DNA from: the human T2T-CHM13v2.0 reference genome, Homo sapiens
Strand: one strand, 5' to 3'
Assembly (NCBI RefSeq): GCF_009914755.1
Contig: NC_060934.1
Length of the DNA stretch: 64,000 nucleotides
The notes under the pieces are model-generated. The model was not told where the DNA came from. It saw only the letters and a list, made by a program, of their open reading frames with translations, and did no database searches. Of the stretch, positions 17,298-32,760 are shown piece after piece. Every line of letters starts with the position of its first letter. Within the stretch, counting starts at the first letter, position 1. Position numbers and translations under genes: made by a program.

Positions 17298-18674
17298 AAA
17301 ATAAAAACACAAAGCCAAATTAAAGTTCGGTTGTAGACCATAAAGAACAGAAATGACACTGAAAAACAGTGATCAGTGATGCAGAGAACAGTTTTGGCAA
17401 GTTCCCCAGCAATACAGAGGCAAATGGGTTTGCATGGTTTCTTGACCTTGGTAGGAGCTTAAGATAAGGTTTTCTTTCCTCTTCAGGTCAACATTTCCAC
17501 TTTACCCTACTCACAACCACAGCTAGAGCAAGGAGGAACTGTATGGGAAATACCGCATGACAATGATTTTGTAGGGAGAGGCAGCTGGCTCACACTCACC
17601 ATTATATTAGTAGAGCCAGACTAGAATCAAGCTCTCAACTGTCCTTCTGGAAAAATAAAGTTCTAGAAAAATAGATCACTTTTCTGAGGACCTGCAAGCA
17701 AGATGATCACCAAAGCTTGTCCTGGAAGACTGTGACATCAGGAGCATCGTGAAGTCTACATTTGTTCATTCTTCCCCATTCCTCCTCCCATCTACCCATT
17801 GATACTTGGAATTTTTGGGATTTGAGAATATAATGTTATTTCCTGATGCACAAGATTTCAGTGTCTCCCTTTGCCGAAAAATACTGTGGCAAGTCACGTA
17901 AGACAGTCAAACCCTCTCTAATTTTATAAATCCCATGTTCCCCAGGTTCCTCAACATTGGGTGCTTTTGTCCATTGCTAGCGGCCCAGTCCTACCCATTC
18001 CTCGAGACTCAACTCAAATGTCGCCTCTCCCATGAAGGCTTCCTTGATCTCCTTCCATATTTTATGGGTTCTCTCTCACCTTCTGTGTCTATTTTCTCAC
18101 TCTGTTTTGAAATTTTACAAAGCCTGATCTGTGTTTCTCAAATGGTATTGGCATGTTTCGCCTGGTGTTTATGTTGATGGATAATCTTTTCTACTAGGTT
18201 GGGGCTTTTGTGTTATATTATTGGATGTGTACTTCCAATAAACAGTATATGTATGTGTGTGTGTGTATGCACACATATTTGAAAAACAAATTATATGTTT
18301 TCTCTCTTGGCAAATTTAATACATTTATACCTTGTATGATTACTGTTTACTTTTATTTTTATATCTAATTTTGTTTTTTTGCTTACCATACTTTCTTGTA
18401 TTTATTTTTATCTGCTTTTTTCTTTTATCTGAACTGAAAATTTGAAAATCCCTTGTAGTCTCTCTTCTGTTTGGTTAGTTAATATTGGCTATATTTCTTG
18501 TAATAGTTATTCTTAAAATGTTAACATATACTGTATATTTCTTATATATTTATGTAATTTACTATCTCTCTTCTCTGCCTAACACAAAAAAACAGAAAAA
18601 GGCTTCAGCATACTTTATTACACACCGTTCTTCAATTCTGCCTCTTTTGTTGCTATTATCTAATACTTTGGGTC

Positions 18675-19183
18675 TGTGGGATGTGGTGAGGTTTCTCTTC
18701 AAATAGCCTGATCAATCCTTTATTCTTTAATTCCTAGTACCCCCGCCCCTTTTTCCTTTTTCTCTTTTTTTCTTCCTTTCTGCCTTTGTTACATGCCGAG
18801 ACACACCACAGTACCAGGCGTTATCAGTACCAGCTCACATTCCTTTCATTATTTGGAAAGAAGACTAGCTCTCTAGCTCATTGCACACACCCCTCCCCCT
18901 TTCCCCTCTCTCCCTTATGTGCCCACCTTATCTAAAAAAAGTTAAAATGTTTAGCCAACCATGATTAGTTTAGATTGTATGGCCTGACCCTGGCCAATGG
19001 GGAAAGGGTACAGGGGCCGGACTTGCATCAGGAATAAAGGCTCTCAAGCCCCTTTGTTCAGGTGTGCTCTCATGGCGACTGGCCAAAGAGAAGCACCCCT
19101 CTGCGCAGAAGTAAAATTGCTTTGCTAAGAATCCTTTATTTGAGTGTTCAATTTCCTTAGGATTTTGAACGTTATTCCCAACA
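18675..19183 (+). repeat. 5' LTR (LTR10-like, 509 bp)
   Basis: TGTGGGATG...TTCCCAACA; CCAAT 18994-18998, AATAAA (TATA-like) 19033-19038, AGTAAA 19110-19115; direct repeat of 27568-28074. Confidence 0.95.
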
Positions 19184-19187
19184 ATTC

Positions 19188-19208
19188 TGGTGCCCAAATG
19201 TGGGACTC
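19188..19208 (+). promoter_or_regulatory. Primer-binding site, most similar to tRNA-Lys(CUU)
   Basis: TGGTGCCCAAATGTGGGACTC, 4 nt after the LTR, versus the Lys-CUU complement TGGCGCCCAACGTGGGGCTC: two CpG>TpG changes, one extra A, one G>A. Confidence 0.7.
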
Positions 19209-19790
19209 AAATATTCTCCTTCGGGAAGGGGGTCTTCGCTCACTCCACCCAGGGGGGATGCATCCCACTGTCTAGTTACAGTGGCCTGAGGGTGAAGGGA
19301 GATCAGGTCCCACCTGTTGTGACGAATAAATCTGGGTTCTCAGCAAAGTGGACAGGAGAGGCTTGCAAGACCACGGCAATAAAAGGACCAGGTAATTCTT
19401 GTGCACAGAATAAGATAGGAGACTTCACAAAGGCGACAAAGTATTTCCTTGGTGGTCGGGATAATTTGGAGGTTGAAAGTGTGTAAATGGGGCTAAGCAT
19501 TATGGTTGTGTGGAGTGAGTGAGTCTTCTCTGTGGTTTTGTGCTGCCGTCTGTCGACTAGGAGCAGGAACAGTCAGAGTAGACAAAGAGAAAGAAGGGTG
19601 TAAGGAACCTCCAGAGCGGGTGAGCTATAGGATATGCAGGAAACCCTAACAGGAGGGGCTAAGCCTCTAGAAAGGGGGAGGTAAGACACCTCTAACACAA
19701 GAGGTTGAACCCCCTCTTAAAGCCTCAGCCTCTGGAAAGAGGGGTAGACACCTTTAACAGGAGAGGTTGACGCCCCCCATAACTCGTAAG

Positions 19791-21797
19791 ATGGGGAATG
19801 TTTCAAGTAAGACAGGAAAACTAAAGAGTCAAGAGTGATGAAACTCCTTCTGATAGCCCCTTGAGGCTTATGCTAAAGTATTGGAAAGATAATGAGAAAA
19901 CCAAGTATAAACGAAAACAGCAGATGATAAAATATTTTTGTTTTATTTGGGTTCAAGAACCCAACCTTAAACCCTCACTTTTCTTGCCAAAATTTGGGTC
20001 TAATGAGGAGCGAATTTTCCAGCTCTTAATTGAGCATGTTAATGATAAGAGCCCTGTCTCCCAGGAAGAAATTGATTACACCCTCTGCTGGCAGCAGGGA
20101 CCTGTCCTCCTTTACCCTTTAGATTCCAGAGGGAGAAAGCCAGAAGCCAACCCCTCTGGAAGGGAAAGAGGTCCCATGTCTAGATAACCCACACCCACTA
20201 ACACGTGGGACCCTCTAGATCATCTTCCTCCATTCAGTGCCCCCAGTCCCGCCCCTCCGGGTCCCATTTCAGGTCCCTGCCCTGCTTGCATCACTCTTCT
20301 GGCGGACCCCGATCCCACCCCTCCAGTTCCCGTTTCCGTTTCAGGTCTCTCCCCTGTTTGCGTCCACTCTTCTGGTTGCCCCCAATCCCCCCATCTGGCT
20401 CCCATTTCCATTTCAGGTCCCTTCCCTGCTTGCGTCACTCTTCCAGTTGTCCCCGATTCTGCTCCTCCGGGTTCCATCCCTCCAGCTGCGGTTTCGGGTT
20501 ACTCCCCAGCTGTTTCAGGCCACTCCCTCACCTGTGTCACTTGGCTGTGTTCCATCCCCCCAGCTGCTGCTGCAGATCCCTACTCCGCTTGTGGTGCCTC
20601 TACTCATATTGTTCCTCCTCCCTGTAATCCCAACTTTGCAGTTACCATCTTGTGAGCCTGCCTCCCACTAACCTGTTAAGTATCCGTCTTTAAAAGGGCT
20701 TCCGTGTGAGATAGAGCAATGTAAACAAGATATTCAAAACTTTCCATTTCCCTCCACACGTAAAGAGCCAGATCCAACTTTCTTTCCTCTAAGAGAGGTA
20801 CCACAAGGGGGGTGAGGGCTACTGGGCTATTGGCTTTGTAAACGCTCCCTTGACTAGTTCAGAAGTCTGGAATTTAAAAAAGGAGCTTAAGCCGTTACTG
20901 GATGACCCTTATGGAGTAGCAGATCAAATTGATCAATTTCTAGGGCCTCAGATATACACTGGGCCGAGTTGATGTCCATCTTAGGCACCCTATTTTCAGG
21001 GGAAGAATGAAGTATGATTCAGAGGGCTGCTATGGCGGTTTGGGAACGCGAACACCCTCCCGGTCAAAATGTTCCTCCTGCCCACTATAAATTTCCCACC
21101 CAAGACCCTCAGTGGGACAATAACAATGCAAATCACCAGGAAAACATGCAGCGCCTAAGGGAAATGATAATAGGAATTCGAGAATCAGTACCCCAAACTC
21201 AAAATCTTTCTAAAGCATTTGATATTCAACAGGAAAAAGATGAGGGACCTGCTAGATTCTTAAATAGATTGAGGGAGCAGATGAGACAATATGCAGGCCT
21301 TGATTTGGAAAACCCCCTTGGACAGGGAATGTTAAAACTTAACTTCATTACTAAAAGTTGGCCAGACATTTCAAGAATTTTCCGAAGATAGAAAATTGGG
21401 AGGACCGTCCCCTGAGTGAACTACTCAGGGAGGCTCAAAAAGTGTATGTAAGAAGAGACAAGGAAAAACAAAAACAAAAGACAAAACTTATGTTATCTAC
21501 CTTCCAACAGATGGCCCCAAATCCAGATATCTCTAAGCAGGGCTTTCAAGGGGCCAGAGATTATAAGGGGCCTAAACCCTCCTTGAGAGGACCCAATCCT
21601 CCATCTGGAGGGTTGAGGTCCTCATTTAATAAACCCCCTAAGGGGTATAGGGGAGCAAGGGCAGAGAATGCTAAGACTAAGAAGGAAGAAGGACAAGATA
21701 GATGCTACAAATGTGGAAGAACAGGCCACTTCAAGAGTGAATGTCCTGAACTAAAGAGAGAGAAACTTTCACACTCATGACTTTTGAAGAACAATAG
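19791..21797 (+). pseudogene. gag: ERV gag, disrupted
   Basis: ATG GGG (MGNVSSK, myristoylation-type); Pro-rich repeat; capsid MHR-like QQEKDEGPARFLNRL; NC zinc knuckle CYKCGRTGHFKSEC; ends at TAG 21795-21797; multiple stops and frameshifts. Confidence 0.9.
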
Positions 21798-25599
<3,802 letters not shown>

Positions 25600-25612
<13 letters not shown>

Positions 25613-27552
25613 TAATCACTTGTTTATTTTCTTTTTTTCTTTTCAACAGAAGGTCATCTTGTCATCAACGTAACTCAGGCTAGCCACCCTTTAACCCTTC
25701 AGTTCGATGCCTGTTCAGTCATCCCATACGGAGACAAGCAAGCTCAAAGGAAGCTATCCCATGTTGATAAGTATCTATGTCCATACCGCAAAGAGTCAAC
25801 CAAGTATAAGTATGGAGCTTTAAAAGGTCCCTGTAGTGACTGGGCAGATGTTTGGTAGACTACTAAGTACAAAGGGTGGACAGCTAGACCCTCTGCTTCA
25901 AATAGGTTATGGGAACTAAAACAAAAACTCCAACTAGTCCGTGGTCCCACCCCACCAAATTGTAAGCCATTACACGGTAACCCCTTGTTGCTGATTATAA
26001 ATAATCCCCAGACAAAGGCCCAAGAACCCTCTATATTCGAACGGTCTGGGTTAGGAGCAGATGCTGCAGGACAGGACCCTGTAGGAATCTTCTCGCTGAG
26101 GTTAGTTAAACCACTGGTTAACAGTAATAAAGGAATTCAGACCCAGAGTCTGGGAGACACGTGGAACCCAACGCTGTCCCCAAGTATAGCGAGTCCAACG
26201 TCCTCCTCCCATCTCCAAAATGACCCAACCGGTTGTGGAGGTAGAAAACTTAAGGCAAACAATAGCTCTAGAGACAGGATATCAAGATGCAAATGCTTGG
26301 CTGGAATGGATTAAATATTCCATCCGCACTTTAAACAAAAGTGAATGTTACGCTTGTGCGCATAGTAGACCAGAGGCCCAGATTGTCCCCTTTCCACTTG
26401 GATGGTCTTCCAGCCAACCAGGCATGAGCTGTATGGTAGCTCTCTTCCAAAACTCCTCAGCCTGGGGCAACAAATCATGCCAAGCTCCTTCTCTGCTGTA
26501 CCCTGAAGTTCGACACCCTGCGGGTCAGCCCCCGAGGGCCATTCAGTGTCCATCTCCCAATGCCAGTTTTACTTTGTGTCTCTCATGATGGGGAGAAAAC
26601 TTGGGGTTCCTGGGAGCCTTAACAGGATGCAGTGAGCTTAAGCCCTTCCAAGAGCTTACGCATGTCTGCCCTTAGCCGTCCTTGAGCAGATGTGTGGTGG
26701 TATTTTGGTGGACCAATACTGGACACTCTGCCAAGTAACTGGAGTGGAATTTGTGCTCTAATTCAATTGGCCATCCCTTTCACCCTGGCATTTAATCAAC
26801 CAGAAAGCATAGGAACCAAACAGTGTCAAACAAGAGAGGCCCCTGATAAGTCCTTCAATTCTCCTGTTTATATAGATGCCATTGGGGTCCCAAGAGGGGT
26901 GGCAGTTGAATTTAAGGCCTGAAATCAAATAACTGCTGGATTTGAATCTATGTTCTTCTGGTGGTTAACTGTAAATAAAAATGTGAGTTGGATAAATTAC
27001 ATTTATTACAATCAACAATGATTTATTAATTATACTAGAGATGCTATTAAAGGGATAGCTGAACAATTAGGACCCACTAGTCAAATGGCCTGGGGAAATA
27101 GGATAGCATCAGACATGATACTAGCAAAGGAGTGTGCAGTTTGTGTCATGATCGGGACCCAATGCTGTACTTATATCCCTAATAATACTGCTCTCAGCAG
27201 GACCATAACTAAAGCATTACAAGCTCTTACTGCCTTATCAAATGAGCTAGCCAAAAATTCTGGACTAAACGATCCCTTCACAAATTTAATGAGAAATTGG
27301 TTCAGTAGATGGAAGGGACTTATGTCCTCAATCCTCATCTCTCTGGCCATCAGAATAGGGTTGCTTATTCTTGTAGGATGCTGTATTATACCCTGTGCCT
27401 GAGGACTAATACAAAGACTTATTGAAACAGCTCTCACTAACACTTCTTAGGATCCTCCTCCCCCTTATTCAAATGAGCTTTTCCCTCTAGAAGACCAAGT
27501 AGAACAGTGGAGCCAAATTATGCTAAAAAGATTTGAAGAGAAAGAGTTATAA
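25600..27552 (+). pseudogene. env: ERV env, disrupted (start approximate)
   Basis: SU CxxC (ECYAC); WWYFGG...NWSGICAL; ISD-like QMAWGNRIASDMILAKE; CX6CC (CVMIGTQCC); TM helix; final TAA 27550-27552; several internal stops and frameshifts. Confidence 0.9.
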
Positions 27553-27567
27553 AAAGAAGAGGAAAGC
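27551..27567 (+). promoter_or_regulatory. Polypurine tract
   Basis: AAAAAGAAGAGGAAAGC immediately before the 3' LTR TG. Confidence 0.85.
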
Positions 27568-28074
27568 TGTGGGATATGATGAGATTTCTCTTCAAGTAGC
27601 CTGATCAATCCTTTATTCTTTAATTCATAGTACACCCCCCATCCCTTTTTGCTTTCTCTCTTTTTTTCTTTCTGCCTTTGTTACATGCCAAGACATGCCA
27701 CAGCACCAGGCGTTATCAGTACCAGCTCACCTTCCTTTCCTTATTTGGAAAGAAGACTAGCTCTCTAGCTCATTGCACACACTCCTTCCCCTTTCCCCTC
27801 TCTCCCTTATGTGCCCACCTTATCTAAAAAAAGTTAAAATGTTTAGCCAACCAGGATTAGTTTAGATTGTATGGCCTGACCCTGGCCAATGGGGAAAGGG
27901 TACGGGGCCGGACTTGCATCAGCAATAAAGGCTCTCATGCCCCTTTGTTTGGGTGTGCTCTCATGGTGACTGGCCAAGGAGAAGCACCCCTCTGCACAGA
28001 AGTAAAATTGCTTTGCTAAGAATCCTTTGTTTGAGTGTTCAGTTTCCTTAGGATTTTGAACATTATTCCCAACA
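27568..28074 (+). repeat. 3' LTR (LTR10-like, 507 bp)
   Basis: TGTGGGATA...TTCCCAACA; about 25 substitutions versus the 5' LTR by hand count, outside the polypyrimidine tract. Confidence 0.95.
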
Positions 28075-28078
28075 GGTC

Positions 28079-28880
28079 TATATTTTTAGTATGAAAATCT
28101 TAATTTTAGTATGTTTACAGTGAATATTTGAGCTCTTTGTTTAGTCAGTGTTGCCTCCTGTGTTCACATCTTTTTGTTGTTGAAATATATTATTTAGTAA
28201 TTTTCAGTGAGGGTATGTGAGTGATAAATTTTGTAAGTCTGAAAATATACTTATTTTGCCATAACTGGTGAGAGGATTTTGTAAATATGAATTCCAAGTG
28301 ACAATTATGTCCCCTTAACACTGGGAGATTTCAACCCATTGTCTCCTGGCATCTGTTAGAGCTTATTAGAATCTTTGAGCAATTTCCTTACCTTTCCTTA
28401 TATCTTTTACGCTTTGTTTTCTTGATTTTTGCATCATCACCGCCACAGCTTATCTAGTTGAGGATTTATTTCGGTCCCTCTTGTTTGGCTTTCCACTCAG
28501 AAAAAAAACAAAAAACCAAACCAAAACAAAAAAACCTCCTGTCTTTTTTAATGCTAGAAAATTCTTGGCCATTATTTATTTGTGTATTGCTTCTCCTTAA
28601 TTCCCTCTACTTTTAACTTTGGGGGTGCTTGTTAGACATATGTTGGAATCTTTTGATCTAGTCTCCATATCTCTTACTTCTTCAGACTTTTTAATCTTAT
28701 TTTCTCTGGGTAAAGTCTTCAGAGAGCTTCTAATCCACCAATGCCAAGTTTAATTCACTAGTTCAATTGAACTGTCTGCAATCTGGAGTTTATTGTATCT
28801 GTCTCCATCCATTTTTAAAAAAATTTCAATGACCAAATTTTTATTATCCAGAATTGCAATGGACTTTTAAAATGTTCATT
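28079..28880 (-). mobile_element. Old L1M(E)-like fragment, host of the provirus (continues at ~18300-18670)
   Basis: T-rich L1M-type motifs (TCTGAAAATATACTTATTTTGCC, CCATTGTCTCCTGGCATCTG, GAAAATTCTTGGCCATTATTT). Confidence 0.6.
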
Positions 28881-29877
28881 TCTTCTTCTTCTTTTTTTTT
28901 AATGGAAGACTTTTTTTTTTTTAATTGGACTACAAGAAGCCTCAAATGAAAACCCTGACCAGTCACCTTCATCATAGGCTGCTGTTTACAGCCTGACTTG
29001 GGAACATCCACTCCATGTTGTCACTGCCCTTCCATCAGCTGTAGGTAGGGTATGGGCACTACAGTATAAGATTATATTAATTATGCCAACACCTTGGAAG
29101 AGATAATACAAGCTGTTGTACACGGCTACCAAGGCAACTCCACATTTTGATAACATGGGCTTATTTTGGATTCTCTTTAATTTTAAAAAGTGTGCTTGGA
29201 CCACCCAGGTCAGAACTATCAAAACATCAATTCATAAATCTACTTATTCTAAGTTATTCCATTTTCAACTGCTGTGGCACTAATTTTATCTATAGGTAAC
29301 AATCTTACTAGAAGTTAAATTATTTTATGTAAATCCCTGGTTTATCTGTTACTTAACTAAAAATTATAATAATTTGCCAAGCAAATGAAACACATCTGCT
29401 GAAGTTCTTTTGTCAGATTTTCTTAATTATAAGAATGTTTTTGGAAACATGTCTACAAAATTAATAAAGAATTATGTATCTTCATGATTTTTAAAACTAT
29501 CAATTGCCTACAAAACTAATATTGCATTATTTTCAAATAACTCAGAAATATATGAGATTGCTTGGGAAGGCCATAGTTTCAGAAGTAATTTGAACCAAAT
29601 TTAAGTTCTATAGTTCAGCTAGACTTAAGCAATGTGTTCCTATCTGAAGTTCTTATCTATATTCAGGTCTTTCTGGCCACAGCATAATCTTCACTCACTG
29701 CACACATGAACGAAACATATATCCTGAATTGTATTTTCCTTCTATTTCTTGGCCCTGTTTACCTTCTGGAAACTTACAATCATCACAAACCTCCCTAGTT
29801 ACTGGCAGCAAGAAAAGGTATCTGTAGAAGGCAATGTTTGAGCTCTGAGATGCCCATTACCTTTTCCATGATCCCAC

Positions 29878-30664
29878 TGAGGTAGGAGGTTGGCAGGACT
29901 TGTTCTCCAGACCAGAATGAAGACAGCCTGTATTAGTCCATTTTCACACTACTATGAAGATACTACCTGAGACTGGGTAATTTATAAAGAAAGGAGATTT
30001 AATTGACTCAGTTCTGCATGGCTTGGGTGGCCTCACGAAACTTACAATCATGGTAGAAGGTGAAGGGGAAGCAGGTACTTTCTTCACAAGGTGGCAGGAG
30101 AGAGAGAGAAAGAAAGCTCGCAGAGGAAACTGCCACTTTTAAATCATCAGCTCTCCTGTGAAGTCCCTCACTATCACAAGAACAGCATGGGGAGACTGCC
30201 TCCATGATCCAGTCACCTGCCACCAGGCCCCTTCCTTGACATATGGGGAGTACAACTCGAGATGAGATTAGGGTGGGGCCACAGAGCCAAACCATATCAC
30301 AGCCCCAAACCAGTAAGTGATGCTGAAGGCCACCTCTAGTTGCCCTTGCTGCCCATCAGCTTAAGACACTCCCACCAGCACCATGACAGTTTCCAAACAT
30401 CATGGCAATGCCAGGAAGTTACCACCCATTTTCTAGCAATTTCTGAATAACCTGCCCCTTTATTTACATATTATTAAAATGAGCATAAATGCAACTGCCA
30501 GCCACCCATACACTGCTACTCTCTGCATGCTGCCTATGAGCTGAACTTGCTCTGCGGGAGCAGTCACAGAGTTTACTGCCGCAAACTCAGTAAAGATGCA
30601 TTCTTCCACTGCCAGCTCGCTCTTGAATTTTTTCCCAATGAAGCCAAGAACCTGCCCTGCATCA
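29878..30664 (+). mobile_element. ERV1 solo LTR (MER66-like) split by a MaLR LTR
   Basis: Starts TGAGGTAGGAGG; CACTCCCACCAGCACCATGACAGTTT...CATGGCAA motif; ends GAAGCCAAGAACCTGCCCTGCATCA. Confidence 0.65.
29929..30299 (-). mobile_element. MST/THE1-type MaLR solo LTR
   Basis: TGTATTAGTCC...CCAAACCATATCA with a perfect 5-bp TSD CAGCC. Confidence 0.88.
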
Positions 30665-30699
30665 CTTCCTCAGGCTTCTGGGTGCTTTTACTACTTATG

Positions 30700-31026
30700 G
30701 CCATCTTAAGACTTATCTGTGGGCTATGATATAGCTGCCTTCGCAGTAGGCACAGAGAGAGGAAAGTGCCTGGGAGTTTATGCCAATGACTGGTTCAGGA
30801 GTATGAAAGCCCAGCTCCCTTGCCTCAGCACAGGAAAATCTCTGAGGTGTAATTTATATGAGATCCTACTGACTAACTTTGCCTGAAATTGCACCCTTGC
30901 CCTGTGGTTTCTTTTATTTCTGTGCTGCTCCCCACTCCTTACTGGTCTAGGAGTACTTCCTTAACACATCACTTGCTTATGATCTGTAGCTCAGAGTTGG
31001 CCTCAGGGGAACCTAGACCTATGACA
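30700..31026 (+). mobile_element. ERVL LTR16-like fragment
   Basis: CCCAGCTCCCTTGCCTC, CTGAAATTGCACCCTTG, terminal GGGAACCTAGACCTATGACA. Confidence 0.55.
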
Positions 31027-31421
31027 GGGACCATCCTGATTGCAAACCGGTGATATTCATTTCTCTTCATATTTGGAATATCCGTGTTATAAGGAGAAGG
31101 GTGAGATTTTCAAATTTTATCATCCATGAAAAAAATAGGTGAAACTTGACCATGATTTTGGGAGGTTATCTTTTGAATGCTGTGGAGTGATCCTGCACAG
31201 GGCTAAGCACTGCACAGAATGAGAGCTGGAAAACCCACAGCATTCCTAGAAGAAACTTAGCTTCATCCATTTTCTGGGCTGGGGAGATGGTGAGTTTTCT
31301 ATGGGGACTTTGAGTCAGAAATGACGGGTCCTTTGCTTGGGTACTCTCACTGGTCCCTTGTTGGTAGTGACCTGTTCTGTTTCATATTTTTTTTTTTTTG
31401 TTCTTTTAAAAGACGAATGTC

Positions 31422-31717
31422 GCCAGGCACGGTGGCTCACGCCGTAATCCCAGCACTTTGGGAGGCTGAGGTGCGTGGATCACTTGAGGTCAGGAGTTTG
31501 AGACCAGCCTGGCCAACATGGTGAAACCCCTTCTCTACTAAAAATACAAAAATTAGCTGGGCGAGGTGGCGCATGCCTGTAATACTCGGGAGGCTGAGGC
31601 AGGAGAATTGCATGAATGCAGGAAGTAGAGGTTGCAGTGAGCCAAGATGGCGCCACTGCACTCCAGCCTGAGTGACAAAGCAAGACTCCATCTCAATACA
31701 TAAAATAAATAAATAAA
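31422..31717 (+). mobile_element. AluS
   Basis: Dimer with a small deletion in the right arm, (TAAA)n tail, TSD TAAAAGACGAATGTC. Confidence 0.93.
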
Positions 31718-32635
31718 TAAAAGACGAATGTCATTCCTGCATGAACTCTTCCAAGATCTTAAAATATGCTTATTTTACCGCATTTGTGAGATTGTTTTGC
31801 ATTGTGTTGGTAGTGAACTCATCCCCTTATTATTAATTTTCTTGGCCACCCTTTGGAGTTTGCATTTCCTCTGGGCTCATACTGAGTAGGGTTTTTGTTT
31901 TCTCACTGTCTACGCTCACTTCTCCCTGCCCAGCAGTTTTATGGCCAAATGGAACTCCACGTGCAGGACTCCTATGCCATGTTGATATCACAGTTATTGT
32001 ACACACAGGAGTTGGTCCTTCATAAACAGCATTCTCTTCTCCCTCCCAGAAGTGCTGTTGTTGATGCTTCAAGTTGCAGACCCAGGCATGGTTACAATTT
32101 GTTTTCAGCCTTCTTTCATCTGAGGGATCCAGTCCACATCCTGTTTTGTGTGGCAGATGGCTCTTTCCCTTAGTCACTGCTGGAGGTGGGTGGATGGGAT
32201 CTCCATTATCCCTGTGGTGGAACCCTCAGCCACTTCTAGTTTTGACCTATAATCAACAAGGTTATGGGCTCAGAGCCTTCTTAGCATCAGATTAGGTTGG
32301 TTTTCTGTTTTTGGACTTCCACCGAGGAATTTCCTTTCTTGAAAAGTGGTATTGTATTAACTTTAAAAACTGCAATTAAAACTTTTAAACGGAATTGCTC
32401 TGTTGAGAGTGTTAGGGGTAGTTTAAAGCATAAACCTTGGATTAGAAGTCTAGCTTTGAGTTTCTTGAGGAAAATATTTGCATTCTCTCTTTAATCTATA
32501 AACACATAGGGTTAGCAGCTAGCCTTGTAATGAGCTTACAATAAAATACTTGCTCAATAAATATTTGGTTGAATAGTTTTATTTCTTTTATTTAATTGTG
32601 GTAATAACGGTTAAAATGAGATCTACTCTCTTAAC

Positions 32636-32760
32636 TTTTTCTTTTGAGACGGTGTCTTGCTGTGTTGTCCTGGCTGGCCTTGATCTCCTGGGCTCAAGCA
32701 GTCCTCCTGCCTAAGCCCCCCAAATAGCTGGGACTACAGGTACATGCCACCATGTCTGGC
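32636..32760 (-). mobile_element. FLAM (Alu monomer) inside an L1MA 3'-end fragment (~32575-32900)
   Basis: Single Alu arm; flanks carry L1MA 3'UTR motifs (CAGCAGATCTCTAGAGCTTATT). Confidence 0.75.

Noticed and set aside
17468-17490. Strong splice-acceptor-like TTTTCTTTCCTCTTCAG|G
   Set aside because: A single motif with no partner exon or ORF evidence; cannot be supported without transcript data.
18675-19183. AP-1 (TGAGTCA) tandem motif array reported for some LTR10 subfamilies
   Set aside because: I saw no TGAGTCA/TGACTCA array in either LTR.
20205-20671. Overlapping Ser/Arg- and Pro-rich ORFs; regular repeats superficially like a CRISPR array
   Set aside because: Alternative frames of the C-rich gag tandem repeat; there are no unique spacers and the context is eukaryotic.
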